This document shows, in pieces, positions 41,085 to 52,785 of a stretch of 64,000 bases of DNA. Below the pieces are notes generated by a model, which had not been told where the DNA came from, made no database searches, and saw only the letters and a list, made by a program, of their open reading frames with translations. This DNA is from Pecten maximus (taxonomy: Eukaryota), in the NCBI RefSeq assembly GCF_902652985.1, contig NC_047023.1:23994001-24058000 (forward strand), read 5' to 3'. The translations under genes and the position numbers were made by a program. The number at the start of each line of letters is the position of its first letter. Position 1 is the stretch's first letter.

Positions 41085-41930
41085 ATCTGTAATTCTAACA
41101 CGATTCGTTTGCAACGCGTGTTTTGATTGGTTGCGGACCGACTTCTAATCTGCGATAGAACCACGACATATCGTGTTAAGCCACGCCCCGTTTCTAATCA
41201 AAACAATATGGCGTCAAGTTCGACTCGTAGCGAAATTCAACACTCTGCAGCATTTATGATTGATGACCCGTGATATTGGAATCGAAAGTGAAGAAATCGA
41301 ATAGAATGAATTAACTTAATAAATTTAACAAAAATCGTTAACTTCATTCTTACCGTCATTTATCGATTGAAACGTTCATTTCGTCCGTGTGTAAGCATCT
41401 AAGGTCAAGTAAAATCCGAAATGAAATGGAACAAGTGCACATAACTTTCACATAACGATTGAGCCTATAGAAACACATCAACTCTGACTTTGTCAAGATG
41501 CACATGTCGTTAAGCATACTGCATAAATCCAAATATGTCGTTAAATCTTCTGTAACAGGACTTTCACAACAATCCAAATACACCGCTTCGTCAACATACA
41601 GATCGAACTCTCGCCAGTATGGGCGTGGCCAATTGACCGACTTTGAAAGCTTCTCTCTGATTGGTCAATCCGCCACAGTATGACACGTAACTAGCGGAGG
41701 TCACAGAGTACTTAACAGCGTACTTGTAGCGATGTAAAACAATGTTTCTAAATATATGCGATAGTAAACGTGTTAGAATGGGGATAGTACGTTGTTTTTC
41801 GTGGCTATACTGGCGATTAGAACATGAAATTTGGTTTAAACTCTCGACCTATCGGTCTCGAGTTCAAACCAAATTTCATGTTCTAATCGCCAGTATAGCC
41901 ACTCAAAACAACATACTATCCCCTAAATAA
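41085..41930 (+). mobile_element. Non-autonomous DNA element with asymmetric ends: 11-bp subterminal inverted repeat plus 144-bp terminal palindrome (Crypton-like or Helentron-like; class uncertain)
   Basis: ATTCTAACACG (41092-41102) and CGTGTTAGAAT (41769-41779), followed immediately by 70-bp arms 41780-41849 and 41854-41923 (64/70 match by eye), with loop TATC. Confidence 0.8.
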
Positions 41931-42704
41931 TAACCATTCCATACCATAACTCCAACATCACATGTAGGCGATTTTCAACGTTTCGATACGATGTTGATGA
42001 GTAGGAATTGAATCACACATGAGTGTGCTGGTAGGGAGAGGCCAGTACTGTGTTTAACAGGTCTTCGGGTGATAGTAAACTGCCAGCGATGTCATGTTAA
42101 CATTATACTCTAAGGCCATCTTTGTTTCTTCTTACAAGTTGTCCAATATTAGATAAAAATATTTACAAATCATTGTAGTCAGAGGCCAAGTTACTTTGTC
42201 TCGTGGATATATATTGTAATCAGAATTGAATAATGAATCAATAAAAAGAAAAGCACAATGCATGCGCTTGCTTTGTTGTCTTCATTTCTTGAATTGATTG
42301 AACATTTAAACATTTACTTGTGTGTATAATATTTATCACCAAATCAAGCATCAGATGCCAGGATATCTTGTTTGTGGATTTTTTGTTCCTTTTTTTTTTT
42401 TTTTTGAATCACGAGATAAATATAGCCAGAGAGTTAAGATATATATTATATTATCCGAGTTTTAAATTGTTTGCAGTAATCTCTCATCAGTATTATGCCT
42501 AGGACATGCAAAATGTGATAACGTTGTAATCGAAACAAACATCCTTCAACAAACAGCATTCTGATATTGATTAAAACAAACGTAGGTATCATAATTGAAA
42601 TCAAAACCACGAAGATACACCAAGGAGATCTGAACACAATCCTCATCCGGTCGGTAGATAAGGATGGAAGTCAAGCATTTGTGTACATGTATATAGTCCT
42701 AATA

Positions 42705-42889
42705 CAACCAAACCTCTTATAAGTGACCTTCCAAGGGAGGTAATTAAAAGGGTCACAAATGACAGGTGGTCTCTTAATCCAGGTTCAGGTAATTATAACT
42801 AGTATATTGATTGCATTCGAAGTGAAAAATATGGTCACATATGAGAAGGAGTCGCTTAATTGAGGTTGTCACTAAGGCAGGTTTGACTG
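42705..42889. mobile_element. Tc1/mariner (pogo/Tigger-type) MITE
   Basis: Flanked by TA on both sides. Imperfect TIRs CAACCAAACCTCTTATAAGTGAC and GTCACTAAGGCAGGTTTGACTG. Internal GAGGT/CAGGTGGTC subrepeats. Confidence 0.8.
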
Positions 42890-42993
42890 TATATGTATTA
42901 CAATCTGATGTGATTAAGACATCAAACAGTATCTCTTATGCCATTTCTTTAAGTTAATATATTATAGATAATAATGTGTAATGTTCGTAAATC

Positions 42994-43170
42994 AGGTACA
43001 GTTGTATGTGTAGGTACAGTTGTATGTGTAGGTACAATTGTATGTGTAGGTACAGTTGTATGTGTAGGTACAGTTGTATGTGTAGGTACAGTTGTATGTG
43101 TAGGTACAGTTGTATGTGTAGGTACAGTTGTATGTGTAGGTACAGTTGTATGTGTAGGTACAGTTGTATG
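42994..43170. repeat. 18-bp minisatellite (AGGTACAGTTGTATGTGT)x~10
   Basis: Near-perfect tandem units. Confidence 0.97.
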
Positions 43171-43714
43171 TTGTCATAAACCATCATAAATACTTTCACT
43201 GAGTAACTTATTAAATCACATTACGTAGCTATGCTTTCCTTAAACCAAATTCATTGAATTACGTATGTAATTACATTTAATTCGTTTTGTGTCTTCTCAT
43301 ACTATATAACAGTGTCAGCATTGATGATACTCCCAGGTCGCCATTATATAGCAATTTTTGTAGGAAAGGAAATCATCGATGACTTTATTTTAAGTTTCCG
43401 ATTTCCGTCTATTTCCTCCTGCACTCTTACCAACAAAAGAGATTCACAACACCTCCAGCCAAATTTCTCATGTCTGCAGCCTCGTCCAGCCTGACTGACA
43501 TACAGATTTACTTACACTTGCTGGTCGCCGCTTGCGTCCATCTAAAAGCCGTGATGGAGACAGTACGTGCTTATAATCAAATACACGACTGTCTACAAAT
43601 GAATTTTAGATTTACTTATAAAATGCCTGTTCCGGGGGTTTCATTTCGCTTGTCGGTCTCTACTAGTGAAAATGGAGCAGTGATGTTGAGAAGTATCGGC
43701 ATGTCAGACAGAGA

Positions 43715-43930
43715 AGACAAAACATGGCGGTACCAACGTTCGTTGTCACAAAAATAAGCCGCACGAGACTTTAGTCAACTTCAAATCTCTGACAGTGTCC
43801 CCTAGTGTAATGGTTGGAACTTAAGTAGAGTATAGTGGACAGTTGATACGCCTTACTGCTATATTTGTATCGGGATTAATCCTCGAATTATGGCCACCAT
43901 CTTTCCTGGAACTTCGTCTTTTATTGGCTA
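43715..43930. promoter_or_regulatory. Possible promoter-like motif cluster
   Basis: YY1-like AACATGGCGG (43721-43730), reverse YY1-like GCCACCATCTT (~43893) and reverse CCAAT (ATTGG ~43923) in locally CpG-richer sequence. Short motifs only. Confidence 0.25.
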
Positions 43931-44244
43931 ATAGACAGAAAGGCCCTACTGTAATCTGGTAGGATGTCTGGATATGTCCCTTTAGTAGAAAATGGACCGA
44001 CTATTCAAGGGATTATACGGATATATACTGTATATATATATACATGTATATATAAACCCAACAAATTCAGTTCTATTTATTTAACATTGTATATATACTT
44101 TGCTTGGTAAATCTCTCCGTATGCCAACGAAGCTCTATGGCTGCTTTCCTGCTTAAATTCACACGCTGATATGTACATGGGGATATTATATTTTCCTAAC
44201 ATTCGCAGATTAGTCTCCCGTTTTACGTGTTCAAGATTTCTCCC

Positions 44245-45682
44245 TAAGTTAGATGTCCCTGTCAACCCCTAGGTAAGATTTCCCTGTCAACCCCTAGGTA
44301 AGAAGTCTCTGTCATACCCTAGGTTAGATTTCCCTGTCAACCCCTTGGTAAGAAGTCTCTCTCAACCCCTAGGGTTAGATGTCCCTGCCAACCCCTAGGT
44401 AAGAAGTCCCTGTCAACCCCTAGGTAAGATGTCCCTGCCAACCCCTAGGTAAGATTTCCCTGTCAACCCCCAGGTAAGAAGTATCTGTCAACCCCTAGGT
44501 TAGATGTCCCTGTCAACCCTAGGGTCAGATGTTCCTGTCAACCCCTAGGTAAGAAGTCTCTGTCAACCCCTAGGTTAAATGTCCCTGTCAACCCCTGGGG
44601 TTAGATGTCCCTGTCAACCCCTAGGGTAAGAGTCGCCCCCCACCCCCCTTACATTTAAATTTCTCTGTCGCCCCCTAGGTTTAGATTTCTCTGTCAACCC
44701 ATAGGTAAGATTTCTCTGTCAACCCCTAGGTAAGATTTCCCTGTCAACCCCTAGGGTCAGATGTTCCTGTCAACCCCTAGGTAAGATGTCCCTGTCAACC
44801 CCTGGGGTTAGATGTCCCTGTCAACCCCCGGGGTTAGATGTCCCTGTCAACCCCTAGGGTAAGAGTCGCCCCCTACATTTAGACTTCCCTGTCGTCCCCT
44901 AGGTTTAGATTTCTATGTCGCCCCTAGGTTTAGATTTCTATGTCGCCCCCTAGGTTTAGATTTCTATGTCGCCCCTAGGTTTAGATTTCTATGTCGCCCC
45001 TACATTTAGACTTCCCTGTCGCCCCCTAGGTTTAGATTTCTATGTCGCCCCTAGGTTTAGATTTCTATGTCGCCCCCTAGGTTTAGATTTCTCTGTCGCC
45101 CCCAAGGTTTATATTTCTCTGTCGCCCCCAAGGTTTATATTTCTCTGTCGCCCCCTAGGTTTAGATTTCTCTGTCGCCCCCTAGGTTTAGATTTCTCTGT
45201 CGCCCTCTAGGTTTAGATTTCTCTGTCGCCCCCAAGGTTTATATTTCTCTGTCGCCCCCTAGGTTTAGATTTCTCTGTCGCCCTCTAGCTTTAGATTTCT
45301 CTGCCGCCCCCTAGCTTTAGATTTCTCTGTCGCCCCCTAGCTTTATATTTCTCTGTCGCCCCCAAGGTTTATATTTCTCTGTCGCCCCCAAGGTTTATAT
45401 TTCTCTGTCGCCCCCAAGGTTTATATTTCTCTGTCGCCCCCTACGTTTAGATTTCTCGGTCGCTCTCTAGGGTTATATTTCCCTGTCAATCCCTGGGGTT
45501 AGATTTTTCTCTGACAACCCCTACATTTAGATTTCTCTGTCGCCCCCTAGGTTTAGATTTCACTGTCGCCCCCTAGGTTTAGATTTCTCTGTCGCCCCCA
45601 AGGTTTATATTTCTCTGTCGCCCCCTACGTTTAGATTTCTCTGTCGCCCTTTAGGGTTAGATTTCTCTGTCAACCCCTAGGG
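44245..45682. repeat. 26-bp minisatellite with two sequence domains (GTCCCTGTCAACCCCTAGGTAAGAT, then TTCTCTGTCGCCCCCTAGGTTTAGAT), ~54 copies
   Basis: Visible tandem units at 26-bp spacing (45061, 45087). Confidence 0.95.
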
Positions 45683-45717
45683 CATGATAGAAAGCACATG
45701 CTGGCAACAATACTCAA

Positions 45718-46160
45718 TATAATCTAACATGGGTGTGTTCCGTGGACAGGGATATCGCAGCCCACGTGTAAGAGTTTGGCCAGTCAGCACGAGGCTTGCC
45801 GAGGGTCGAGATACATGTATCCTTGTTAGTGGAATAGACCCATGTTTTATTTTTTTTCTCACATACTTGCAAGCAAATGTAAGCTTTTATGAAAGTTTTT
45901 CGTCGCGCCATCTGCAATGCTCCTTTGAATGTGCGTCGAATTTAAGGACGTCATCTTTCACGACATGGTTACTCGGCGTAAAATGATGACGTTATTTTGA
46001 GCAGCGTCATATAGCGCGTGGAAGTTGTCTTTACCCCTGTGTGACATCGAATAACCGTTTCCCCAGCAACTACGGAATAACCATGTGAAGAATGTAAGAA
46101 AAGACGTCACGTCAGGAATATGATTAAGAAATATAAAATAAAATGATGTGAGGAAAGTAA
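45718..46160 (-). mobile_element. Non-autonomous palindrome-ended element, copy 1 (family shared with 56878-57232)
   Basis: Arms AACATGGGTGTGTTCC (45726) and GGAATAGACCCATGTT (to 45846). Subterminal IR TTCTCACAT (~45856) and ATGTGAGGA (46146). 45721-45780 matches 56881-56940 at 50/60 without gaps. Confidence 0.8.
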
Positions 46161-46777
46161 ACACCCTCGACCTTAATGACGTGTCAGAAAATCTCCGACC
46201 TTCGTGGAGGTAATCTTGATTGTGTAACCCTTGACAGAGCCTCGGACAACCAAGAATGTCACCTCTTCTATAACTCTTTTTTGTAGACCACCAACATTAT
46301 ATAATCACTACCTTTAATTTGGCATTGAGCGTTATACATGTATACAAATCTATGAACTTATACGTGGATAGTATGAATTTACACACCACGGTATGATCGT
46401 GACCGACGCGATCCCTGAATCGAAGGCTCTGACTGGTCGCCTCGGACACTGATCCCTGTAATAATGATCATGTGTCAGATTGCCCCTAGAGTGCTGCTGA
46501 AATGCTCTTATCCTGGGGAGTGAATCCTTAATCCCAAATTTTCTAAGGTATTATATCTTTAACTGTTATCGATCATGACTTCATCACAAGTATAGGACAA
46601 GGAATGCGAGGATGGTCATGGTCAAGCTGTCCGTTATCTGTATTCTGATATCACTGTCTGTGTTCACGGGAAATAAACCAGATACTATCAAAATGAAATT
46701 CAATTTTTACTAAGAATCGATAAAACGAGGATATACAAACAAAATGTAGTTTGTTTTAATAATATCAGCGAAAAAGA

Positions 46778-46847
46778 AATGTGTATGTTTACGAAAAGCG
46801 AATGTGTAAGGAATGTGTATGTTTACGAAAAGCGTATGTGTAAGAAA
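46778..46847. repeat. 34-bp tandem duplication in a TGTATG-rich low-complexity tract
   Basis: AATGTGTATGTTTACGAAAAGCG(A/T)ATGTGTAAG occurs twice. Confidence 0.8.
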
Positions 46848-48675
46848 TATGTTAGTGTGAGAAAAATGAAAGTGTTAGAAAGGTGTATGTATAAGAAATG
46901 TATGTTTGTGAAGAAATATGTATACATGTATGTAATTCAATCGGAAAAGTGCAAAACATGAACATTCATTGAATACCGAAGCAACGGGGAATACAGCATG
47001 GTGCTATCGTGGATGTATTGTCAAATCACATGTAGTAAACCCTGCTTTGAGTACAGATTAGTATGGTTTCGGTTTTATGTGACCCTAGTTGTGTTAGGAA
47101 TTGGACTTGGTGTAATGTACAATGTATAAATGAGTCTAGTTGTTTGTGATATATTGAGATATAACAGGATACCACGTCTGTACCTACTAATTTTACGACT
47201 ATTACCTTGGATTTCGGCCTCAGGAAACGGAGAGTTCGGCCTATGAATAATAAAATATTCCCATAATAAATCGATATTATCAGCTTTGCTGTTTTTGAAC
47301 ATATTTTCGGGGGTAAACATTGTTCACTTCGATTCTAGCTTGTAAACATGATCATGCTTGATTCATTACGAAGAAAGCCGAGTCAGTCATATGATTCGTC
47401 ACGTGACGAGGTCATTTACTTCTGACGGAATGAAAACACGTGTTTTTTCCGAAGATATGACGAAAAGGCTCGTGTGGTTTTCCGACTGGGTAACGATCGG
47501 TAATATATGGATTCGATCATTTCTTATTTTAAGTTATCAACCAAGAATTTTCAATTTTAGTAATAAGTAGCAAGTGTTTTGCAACAAACCCTTGTAAAAT
47601 ATCACGTTTTATAACTTTTTCTCCTAATGATTTTTAACATTATTTAAGTTTTAATCAGTATACGTTTTAATTGTATCAAAATTGTGAACGCCTAACGGCT
47701 CACTGTCAGTAAGTATAAATCATACTGTAACGCACCTGTCCTTTTATGTTGCTACTATGGTAGTGTATATGTGACACCTGCCGGAATTACTTCAAAGTGA
47801 GTCTCGGGAAATAGGAATCATGTCGTGACTCATAAGAGTACAGACTTGGACGGATGTCACATTACGTCCTCCTCAATGTGTCAAGACGAAAACAATTTCT
47901 GGCGTCTGAAAAATTGGGTGAGACACGGTGTGTATTCAATGTTTCCATGGATATGGGGACATATTTCCTAGGAGACTCCAGGTGATGTCACCGTACATAT
48001 AAGTACTTTCAATGACAAACTTAAGATAAATTGAAAGTTTAGTAAATTCTTTAACAATCAGGAGATTACTGTTATAAACACATATTTATATTTAGTTTAT
48101 CGCTAGTGATGTACTATATCATAACAATCACGATAATACTACCGTAATAAAAAGTTCATGTTGAGATCAGACTTTGTCTAAAATACTTTGTATGTATAAT
48201 CACAAACGTAGCTCTTGTTTACAGCTTGGTGAGTATTCTGAGGAAATTCACCCGTGTGGTTAAACAAGTACTTGTTTCACTTATTTCCTTTATAATTATC
48301 ATGTATTGCTAGTTTGTATTTGATAAACAGTCTAGGATCTAGGTTATAGATGGGATCTTTTGTATTTTTTTATCGGACACATGCAAAAAAATACATAAAA
48401 AACAAAAGATGTATGATTATAAATGAAAAGGTGTATGTTGCATTAATCTCCTTCTGCGCGAGGACACCAATTATATTTACTTTCCTGCTTTTGATCAATA
48501 AGATTATTTTGAACCTGAAAAAAGATGTAAGTTAACACTATGACGGACGGGTAAACGTCTGATTAACTGAAAATATATCACATCAGGGTAAAATATAGCT
48601 TTAGACACACTTTGAAATATTGAACAAATGTCACACACGATGTTAGCAGTTTACAGAACAAATTGAGAGTTAAAT

Positions 48676-48720
48676 GGTATCTTACAGCTTTTTCGTCCTT
48701 CTAGGACTCGTCAGTGATGT
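48676..48720 (-). ncRNA. Minimal hammerhead ribozyme motif 1 (catalytic core intact)
   Basis: Minus strand: ACATCA-CTGACGA-GTCC-TAGAA-GGAC-GAA-AAAGCTGT-A-AGATACC. This gives CUGANGA, a 4-bp helix II, GAAA, a short near-palindromic helix III and a GUA site. Helix I is decayed. Confidence 0.7.
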
Positions 48721-48724
48721 TAGG

Positions 48725-48770
48725 GATATTATAAAGCTGTTTCGTCCTTCTTGGACTCGTCAATGATGCT
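48725..48770 (-). ncRNA. Minimal hammerhead ribozyme motif 2 (C3U variant), 49 nt from motif 1
   Basis: Minus strand: AGCATCA-TTGACGA-GTCC-AAGAA-GGAC-GAA-ACAGCTTT-A-TAATATC. Confidence 0.65.
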
Positions 48771-49265
48771 AAGGTCCTCAAGTGTTTATGATATGAGGTG
48801 ACCAAAAACAAAACTCGAAATAGATAAAAAAATAAATAAATGCCAATATCTGGATGGTAAGGTGTACAGGATACGGGGACAAAGGGATCAGGAAGTGTTT
48901 ACTTTACCGTGTCAATGACGACAACCTTCATGTAAATATTGGTCAACTCCAATGGCACGTTCTCAGAATGGGACGGCGACAACCATCGGATACCGATATC
49001 TGAACACATCTAACTCCATAGCGCGTTACAGTAACGCAGTCGACACCTTTAGTGCTATATTAGGACAGAAACAGTTAATATCAAATTACTGTGACCTGTG
49101 AACAACTTAGTAAGTAAGACGGGAATGTCAATATTTTCAGATGCACGATAGAAAACTCGTTACGCTAAGTCGGGTGAAAAGTTGTCTCGGTATTATTTAT
49201 ACATCAATTACAATATTGCATGGTGTATCATACTGTGTCTTTTCATCTCACATTAACTCTGGTGA

Positions 49266-50831
49266 ATGGTGTACCTATCCTCTGATGTATGGTGTACCTA
49301 TCCTCTGATGTATGGTGTACCTTTCCTCTGATGTATGGTGTACCTCTCCTCTGATGTATGGTGTACCTCTCCTCTGATGTATGATGTACCTATCCTCTGA
49401 TGTACGGTGTACCTATCCTCTGATCTATAGTGTACCTCTCCTCTGATGTACGGTGTACCTATCCTCTGATGTACGGTGTACCTTTCCTCTGATGTATGGT
49501 GTACTTATCCTCTGATGTATGGTGTACATCTCCTCTGATGTACGGTGTACCTATCCTCTGATCTATAGTGTACCTCTCCTCTGATGTACGGTGTACCTAT
49601 CCTCTGATGTACGGTGTACCTTTCCTCTGATGTATGGTGTACTTATCCTCTGATGTATGGTGTACCTCTCCTCTGATGTACGGTGTACCTATCCTCTGAT
49701 GTACGGTGTACCTATCCTCTGATCTATAGTGTACCACTCCTCTGATGTACGGTGTACCTATCCTCTGATGTACGGTGTACCTATCCTCTGATGTATGGTG
49801 TACCTATCCTCTGATGTATGGTGTACCTATCCTCTGATGTACGGTGTACCTATCCTCTGATGTATGGTCTACCTTTCCTCTGATGTATGGTGTATCTATC
49901 CTCTGATGTATGGTGTACCTATCCTCTGATGCATGGTGTACCTATCCTCTGATGTCTGGTGTACCTATCCTCTGATGCATGATGTACCTATTCTCTGATG
50001 TATGGTGTACCTATCCTCTGATGTCTGGTGTACCTATCCTCTGATGTACGGTGCACCTATCCTCTGATGCATGATGTACCTATTCTCTGATGTATGGTGT
50101 ATCTATCCTCTGATGTATGGTGTACCTATCCTCCGATGAACGGTGTACCTATCCTCCGATGAACGGTGTACCTATCCTCTGATGTACGGTGTACCTATCC
50201 TCTGATGTATGGTGTACCTATCCTCTGATGTACGGTGTACCTATCCTCTGATGTACGGTGTACCTATCCTCTGATGTATGATGTACCTATCCTCTGATGT
50301 ACGGTGTACCTATCCTCTGATGTATGGTGTACTTTTCCTCTGATGTATGGTGTACCTATCCTCTGATGTATGGTGTACCTATCCTCTGATTATGGTGTAC
50401 CTATCCTCTGATGTATGGTGTACCTATCCTCTGATGTATGATGTACCTATCCTCTGATGTATGGTGTACCTATCCTCTGATGTATGGTGTACCTATCCTC
50501 TGATGTATGGTGTACCTATCCTCTGATGTATGGTGTACCTATCCTCTGATGTATGGTGTACCTATCCTCTGATGTACGGTGTACCTACCCTCTGATGTAT
50601 GATGTACCTATCCTCTGATGTATGGTGTACCTATCCTCTGATGTATGGTGTACCTATCCTCTGATGTATGGTGTACGTATCCTCTGATGTACGGTGTACC
50701 TACCCTCTGATGTATGATGTACCTATCCTCTGATGTATGGTGTACCTCTCCTCTGATGTACGGTGTACCTATCCTCTGATGTACGGTGTACCTATCCTCT
50801 GGTGTATGGTGTACCTATCCTCTGATGTATG
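49266..50831. repeat. 23-bp minisatellite (ATGGTGTACCTATCCTCTGATGT)n, ~68 copies
   Basis: Visible tandem units at 23-bp spacing (49266, 49289). Confidence 0.98.
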
Positions 50832-50990
50832 AATCATGGTAGTAGTTAAACATTTCTTACACATTCTTAATATTTTACCTCGATATCGTTAGTTCCAAAC
50901 TGTAAAATGATAGTAAAAATGCACACAATATGTTAGCACCCTCCAAACCCAAATGAGAAATAGATGCAGAAGAACCTTAATGAATTAAAC

Positions 50991-51037
50991 TGTGCCATAC
51001 AACAGTTTTGTCCTTCTGGGACTCGTAAGTGATGCTA
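50991..51037 (-). ncRNA. Degenerate hammerhead motif 3 (G5 and G12 substituted; probably inactive)
   Basis: Minus strand: TAGCATCA-CTTACGA-GTCC-CAGAA-GGAC-AAAA-CTGTT-GTA-TGGCAC. Its flanks are homologous to those of motifs 1 and 2. Confidence 0.55.
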
Positions 51038-52785
51038 CGGGTGTTGATACCAATGAGGTGCCTGAAAATTGAAAAGGTTCGAAAGAAATGTCTGTAAGAG
51101 GAGATGTAAAAGACAAGTCAAACAATACTCAGCGGATCTTATTATATTGAGAAATCCTTTGTTCATTCCGTTGATAAACTGGCGCTTTTCAACAAAAATA
51201 AATCAACCAATGATGGTTAAATGTAGAAAGTAAGTAATGTGTTTCCAGACCCTCAAGTCCATTTGATATGACTAATTGTGACATTTCGTGTAGTTTTCGT
51301 GTACCTATACAGACAGATATAAAGGATCGATTTTGGGCCAGATATTAATTTATCAACTGCCTCCGTAAGTGGGTGCAGCATCACCGCTGATACCAGCAGC
51401 CTTCCCGCACATTCCTACCGATAGTCATACCGCTCTTGGATCAGGATTTATTTGTTTGCTCCAGCGACTTTCTCTATATTTCACATCCATAGACGTGCAC
51501 AATGTATTGTAAAATGAAGATAAATACCCCAGTGTCTTAGACGAATGTTTAAATCTTCGTTACGGGCAAGAGGGGTATTGTGCTCGAGTAGAGAACAGCG
51601 GAATATCGATAGCGACATTGGCAGGGGAGAATCAGGGCCCCTCCCTATGGGGTAATGGTAAATCAAAATTTAATTGATCTATTAATCTCTGAATATGATT
51701 TTTTTTCTTTGCCAATCATCATCACACACGCAGTTTAACTGTGGAGGAATTGCAGCGCTAAAACGGGACACAATGGATGTGATACCTCTTGAGAAATAGT
51801 GAATCTCAGCAATTACGATGTCCGACTCTTACAATGACCAGGCATAGATATTGACCAATCACCATAGAGAAATCCAATAAGGCCGGGATACATGGCCTTC
51901 ATTTCCTGACTATTGGCGTTGTCACGGTGAATACATATCAGACGTTCTCAATGAACAGCAAGTAAGATGAGATCAGAATTGTATTGTTCGGAGCAAATTG
52001 GCTTTATTCCTCACCAATTTCTTTAATCCGCTCTGACAAGCATTGACTGTGGAATCAATTTGATAGTTCTAGAAAAGAGAACCGTAAGGTATTTAGCTTC
52101 AGCAGATTGGCAAACATCGTCCCATTCTCAACTATACACACTTGTAGCGAACCTCTCGATTTATCTGTAGTAATTTGCTCGAGGGAAGACGCGGAAATAT
52201 GATTTTCCAATGCGCTTGTATAAAATTGGAGTGTCTTTGACACACATTCCTTATTTCTGAAAGGAGAAATGATTTGTTTCATCGCGAAATGCGTAAAAAT
52301 CATTGCATACAAACAAAATGATTAGGTTAATAATTTTATATTCTTCTCTATTTCGTACGGAGACGTCACGACAAGATTAACTCTGCTGCAAACGGCTATC
52401 CCTTAGCTGTTCACTAGTTATACTGTCCAGTTATGTTCTAAGCGTAGACAATACTCATCCCATACCTTTATATATTTAACAGGTATTGTTCACTTTTCCA
52501 TTGCTAAGGATTCACGTGTGTTGAGTATTTTGACTGGTTGATGTTCATCGGTGACAATTTTACATTGACTCAATAGCATAAGAACGCATTGCAATAGAAA
52601 ACATCACAACAATAATTCAGTAGGTGCATACAGCGGGAAAAGTTTTAAAACTAATGTATCGCTAAATTGTAACATCAACATTTACAATATATGTGTAATG
52701 ATGAGTTACGAATGACGTACTTATATCATTTTCATAGATGAATTGATTTTGTTTTATACATTTTAGATGCATGCATATAGCTTAA

